Both the position numbers and the translations under genes were made by a program. Positions 60,472 to 64,000 of a stretch of DNA of 64,000 bases are shown here, piece after piece. The notes beneath the pieces are model-generated. The model had not been told where the DNA came from and ran no database searches. It saw only the letters and a program-made list of their open reading frames with translations. Positions within the stretch are counted from its first letter, which is position 1. Each line of letters begins with the position of its first letter. The DNA is from Massalongia carnosa (Eukaryota): assembly GCA_965645245.1 (NCBI GenBank), contig OZ287082.1, positions 1,364,001-1,428,000 on the forward strand. Reading direction: 5' to 3'.

Positions 60472-63400
60472 TTACAATAATGTTGATGCTAGTGAGAATT
60501 GATTTAATAAGCCTGTTTTCATTAGCCAAGCAGTTAGTATCTTCAGAGTTTTTGATGATTTGGTCAGCTGCTGATAGTCGCTCGTGCCGGCGGCGCGAAA
60601 CATCTGTTCTCTATTGTCAATAAGTCTGCAGAACATGATTACATGTTCTGGAGTTTGTCTGTGCCAGCCACATGAGCAGGCCGGTGAGGTGACGGAGGGC
60701 ACCCGTCGCTTGTAGAGGAAGTCAGCTAACCCGATCTTGCCAGTGCGGATTTGAGTTGTTAGAGCGCTTTCTGCCTTTTTTAGCTGCGTGTGTATTTTCA
60801 GCCGTTTTTTGCTCAGTGGGACTGATTGTGCTATGGAGGGTTCGATGACGCGATTTTGATATGCGCTCCACGAGTCGTTCCAGACCTTCATTTGTCGTGC
60901 TTTGATTGTTTGCATCTGCTTATGTCGGGCCGTTGCCGCAACGGTAGCTTCGCGGTGCCACGCCGGGTAGACTTCGAACCATGGTGGGTGTGCCTTTGGT
61001 GGTTGAACTATTTTTGAGTCGATCAGTAGGCTTTTGGCCCAGATGTGTTTCAGCTCTCCCGGGGTGGGCTTTTGAAGTCGTTTGCGACCTGCCTTGCCTC
61101 GAAGTTTGTCAGCTATTTTGTTGCATGCGGAGGAGATGATCTTCAATTGGCCTCCGGCTCGGAGCCGGTGCCTTGCCTGTGCTTGTAGCATGTCGAGATG
61201 CGTGTCTATGGGCGCTATGAATGTCTCTGCTTCTAGTACTGAGATGGGAGTGGCTTTAAAGGCACCGGCTATGGTGCGAAGGCAATTGTTTTGCATGACG
61301 GAGAGCTTGCTCGTTGACGTTTTTGACTTTTTGACTTCTTTGGGCATTTGCCATACGGTTGACCCATATGTCATGGCCGGACGCACCACGGCACTGTAAA
61401 CCTGCCTTGCCTTGGCGAAGGTGGCACCCCAGGTTGATGTGGAAATTTTTGTCAATGCCATGGATTGTTTGACCATTTTCTCTTGCGTTTTGCGAACGTG
61501 CGGTCCCCATTTCAATTTGGTGTCGATTTGTAGGCCCAATACTCTGATGTCCGTTTTAGGTTCAATTTCGGTGCTAGCAATATTGATGAATGCAGTCATG
61601 TTGAATCTTTTGGGATTTCTGGACAAGTGTATGAGTTCGTACTTCGTCGGAGCGAATACGGACCCGTGCCGGGAAGCCCACGTCTCACATTGTCTGTGTA
61701 TTGCCTCTAGAGTTTTGCAGTTTTCCTCGGTGCTTTTTCCATATGCCAAAATGTTTGCGTCGTCTACGAATCCTATGGCACTTGTGTTTTTGCCTGGTCG
61801 ATCACATATTTCCAATAGATCTGCATTGTAAAATAGGTAAAGAATGGATGACAGGGGAGAGCCCTGCGGGATACCCGTTCTTACCGCAAACCGCCCAGTG
61901 ACTTTTCGATTTATTGCTAAAGTGGTGCTTCGATCGCTCAGAAAGCTGTTTAACCAGTCGGTGATCCATTTTGGAATTTTTCTTTTCCGTAGGTTGTGCG
62001 TTAGTCGTTGATGTGATACCGTATCGAACGCGCCGGCGACGTCCATGCTTAGCAGTGTGGCTACTTTGTCTTTTCCCTGTCCCCAAATCGTGTGAACCTG
62101 TTCAGTTAGCAGTTCCAGTGCTGACTCTGTGGATCTGCCCTTCCTTGCTCCCATCTGTGTATCGGGTAGGAGCCGGTGTTTTTCCGCCAGATAGGTTATT
62201 TTCGATCCAATGATGGATTCCATAACTTTACTGAGCGTATTGAGCAGTGCAATTGGTCGATAGGCTTTCGGCGTGGTATAGTCTCCTTTGCCTATTTTTT
62301 TCAGCGCTATTGTGTTTGCCATTTTGAAGGCCCGCGGGTGGTACGAGTGTGTGACGCACGCCTGAAACAGAGGTGTTAGTAGTTCGACAAGTATTCCGCT
62401 GCATGCTTTGAGTATTCTGTTAGATATGCCGTCTGGGCCCGGTGCCTTATCGGACTTGAGCCGACTCAGGGCCGTCGATACTTCTGACTTGGTGATGATT
62501 ATTGGGCAGTGCGGCGATGTAGGATAGAAGGATCCTTCTATGTCGCTTAGGTCGGCCGGTGGTGGTGCGGGAAAGAAGACACCTTTCAGCATTTCGGCTT
62601 TTTGGTCAAACGTGTCTGCTACTTGGTCATTGAATTTTAGCATCGGCATTTGGGATACTTCTCTAGATTGATGACTTTTGTCTTTGGCCCATTTCGCTAG
62701 CCGCCATAGTCCCTGAGGCGTTTCGGTGGCCTTATTGATTTCTTGACGAAAGTTTGTTCTCTTTGCCTTTTGAATGATTTTCTGTTTTTTATCATTGGAT
62801 TTCATATAGTTAGACCAGTCCGTTAGGTCTAACGTGCTGGACCATATGCGGCGTAGTTTCCGTGTGGCTTTGGTGGCAATGCTGCATTCTTCTGTCCAGA
62901 ATGGCTTAGCATATTCGCTAGATTTTGCCCATGGAACTGCTTCGTTGATGACATTTTGTAGAAATTTTTGAATCGATTCCGTGTACGCATCAATCTCGGC
63001 AGTGGTACGGGGAGACTCCGGTATAGGGGCGTGTCGTTCGGCCTCCCTTAATTTTTCCAGGTTTAGAAGTTTCCATGCTCTGGGTTTGATTTTCGGTTGC
63101 GGCTCGCTTCCGAGTAGGATGCCGGTTGATATCGGCACGTGATCGGACGATTGATTCAATTCTGGTCTGGACATGCAGTGTTCGAGTCTTTCGACTAGGT
63201 ATTCTGACATGAAAACCAAATATATCGTGCTAGACGTGTTTCTTGCTTCCCATGGTACGGTGCCTTTCGGCAGTGTCAACGAAAGATTATGATCATCGAT
63301 TATTTCCAGTAATTGATCAGCAGCAGCGTGTTGTGTGGGTCTTGAGGGACCATTCCAAAAGGGATGATGCAGGTTGAAATCTCCAAGTAGTATGTGATGC

Positions 63401-63825
63401 GCATCGGCGCTAAGCATGCTCCGAGCCGCCGGTAAGGTCGTGGGACTGTCAGTGGATGAATAGGAAGCGAGAGAGGGGTTATACACATTATGGACGTGAA
63501 TTGTTTCCATAACGCCTTCGGTGTAGGTCTTTATTTTCAAAGTGCACATGTCGGCCGAGGTGAATTCCACCTCCCAGCTGTCAGTGTCTATTAGGTCGTT
63601 GACATAAAAGCACACTCTGGTGTCACCTCCTGGGCGGTATAGGAGGTGAAAGCCGCTTTGATGAGAACTAAGCGATGTGGGGGCGGATGGATTGCGCCAC
63701 GGTTCCTGTATTGCAATAATATCATAGTCCTGGGTGTTTGTGTCTGCTAAGAGGGGTATCATAGTACTCACTCTGTCATTTCTGACATTATACTGCAATA
63801 TAGAGAGGGGTTTTGTATCCCTCAT
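60472..63825 (-). CDS. LINE ORF2: APE endonuclease + reverse transcriptase + CCHC finger, 1117 aa
   Basis: ILQYNV, IQEPW, GDFNLHH, SDH, KAPGPDG, YRPIALL, PQGSPLS, FVDD and CSCG..TPEHV..FC. Confidence 0.95.
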   Translation of the reverse strand: MRDTKPLSILQYNVRNDRVSTMIPLLADTNTQDYDIIAIQEPWRNPSAPTSLSSHQSGFHLLYRPGGDTRVCFYVNDLIDTDSWEVEFTSADMCTLKIKTYTEGVMETIHVHNVYNPSLASYSSTDSPTTLPAARSMLSADAHHILLGDFNLHHPFWNGPSRPTQHAAADQLLEIIDDHNLSLTLPKGTVPWEARNTSSTIYLVFMSEYLVERLEHCMSRPELNQSSDHVPISTGILLGSEPQPKIKPRAWKLLNLEKLREAERHAPIPESPRTTAEIDAYTESIQKFLQNVINEAVPWAKSSEYAKPFWTEECSIATKATRKLRRIWSSTLDLTDWSNYMKSNDKKQKIIQKAKRTNFRQEINKATETPQGLWRLAKWAKDKSHQSREVSQMPMLKFNDQVADTFDQKAEMLKGVFFPAPPPADLSDIEGSFYPTSPHCPIIITKSEVSTALSRLKSDKAPGPDGISNRILKACSGILVELLTPLFQACVTHSYHPRAFKMANTIALKKIGKGDYTTPKAYRPIALLNTLSKVMESIIGSKITYLAEKHRLLPDTQMGARKGRSTESALELLTEQVHTIWGQGKDKVATLLSMDVAGAFDTVSHQRLTHNLRKRKIPKWITDWLNSFLSDRSTTLAINRKVTGRFAVRTGIPQGSPLSSILYLFYNADLLEICDRPGKNTSAIGFVDDANILAYGKSTEENCKTLEAIHRQCETWASRHGSVFAPTKYELIHLSRNPKRFNMTAFINIASTEIEPKTDIRVLGLQIDTKLKWGPHVRKTQEKMVKQSMALTKISTSTWGATFAKARQVYSAVVRPAMTYGSTVWQMPKEVKKSKTSTSKLSVMQNNCLRTIAGAFKATPISVLEAETFIAPIDTHLDMLQAQARHRLRAGGQLKIISSACNKIADKLRGKAGRKRLQKPTPGELKHIWAKSLLIDSKIVQPPKAHPPWFEVYPAWHREATVAATARHKQMQTIKARQMKVWNDSWSAYQNRVIEPSIAQSVPLSKKRLKIHTQLKKAESALTTQIRTGKIGLADFLYKRRVPSVTSPACSCGWHRQTPEHVIMFCRLIDNREQMFRAAGTSDYQQLTKSSKTLKILTAWLMKTGLLNQFSLASTLL

Positions 63826-64000
63826 AGGATTTCCATCGTTTCGGCCGCTGTGTTCGATGTGACCTGAGTTCCTGCCGTTAATGCTACGGAATCTGCACGA
63901 GGCCTACCCAGCACTGGTTTTGCTAAGGCCTTTACCATATTTTCAGGATTCATGATGCCTATATTAGCCCAGGTAGGTGCGTCGTCTCCCTGATGAGGGC
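63822..64000 (-). CDS. C-terminal end of LINE ORF1 (partial)
   Basis: Open frame ...TAAETMEIL* whose TGA (63824-63822) overlaps the ORF2 ATG (ATGA). Confidence 0.6.
   Translation of the reverse strand, partial: PHQGDDAPTWANIGIMNPENMVKALAKPVLGRPRADSVALTAGTQVTSNTAAETMEIL

Larger units (their letters stand above)
60222..64000 (-). mobile_element. Tad1-like LINE (continues beyond the window)
   Basis: (CAT)n 3' tail at 60222-60242, GC-rich palindrome in the 3' UTR (~60264-60280), ORF2 and the end of ORF1. Confidence 0.92.

Overview
This is fungal DNA, most likely a filamentous ascomycete, judged from short GT-AG introns with CTAAC-type branch sites, a PTH11-like GPCR, a NACHT-ankyrin NLR and Tad1/Fot1-type elements. 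About 75-80% of the window is nested transposons: Copia and Gypsy LTR elements and solo LTRs, Helitron fragments, pogo/Fot1, Tc1/IS630-type elements and a near-intact LINE. Two host genes look intact: an NLR with 30 near-identical 99-bp ankyrin repeats (11229-17075, minus) and a PTH11-like GPCR (31506-33240, minus). There are also P450 and MFS pseudogenes. Two things stand out. (1) A ~10.8-kb TIR-bounded element (35431-46205) carries an En/Spm(CMC)/Plavaka-like DDE transposase that appears to run without an intergenic gap into a spliced SNF2-family ATPase, plus a divergent second gene. (2) A family of Tc1/IS630-type (DD37-38E) elements has CACGCGGG termini with no flanking TA, and one copy has a demonstrable 5-bp TSD. 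Family names come from motif recognition by eye; no database search was run.
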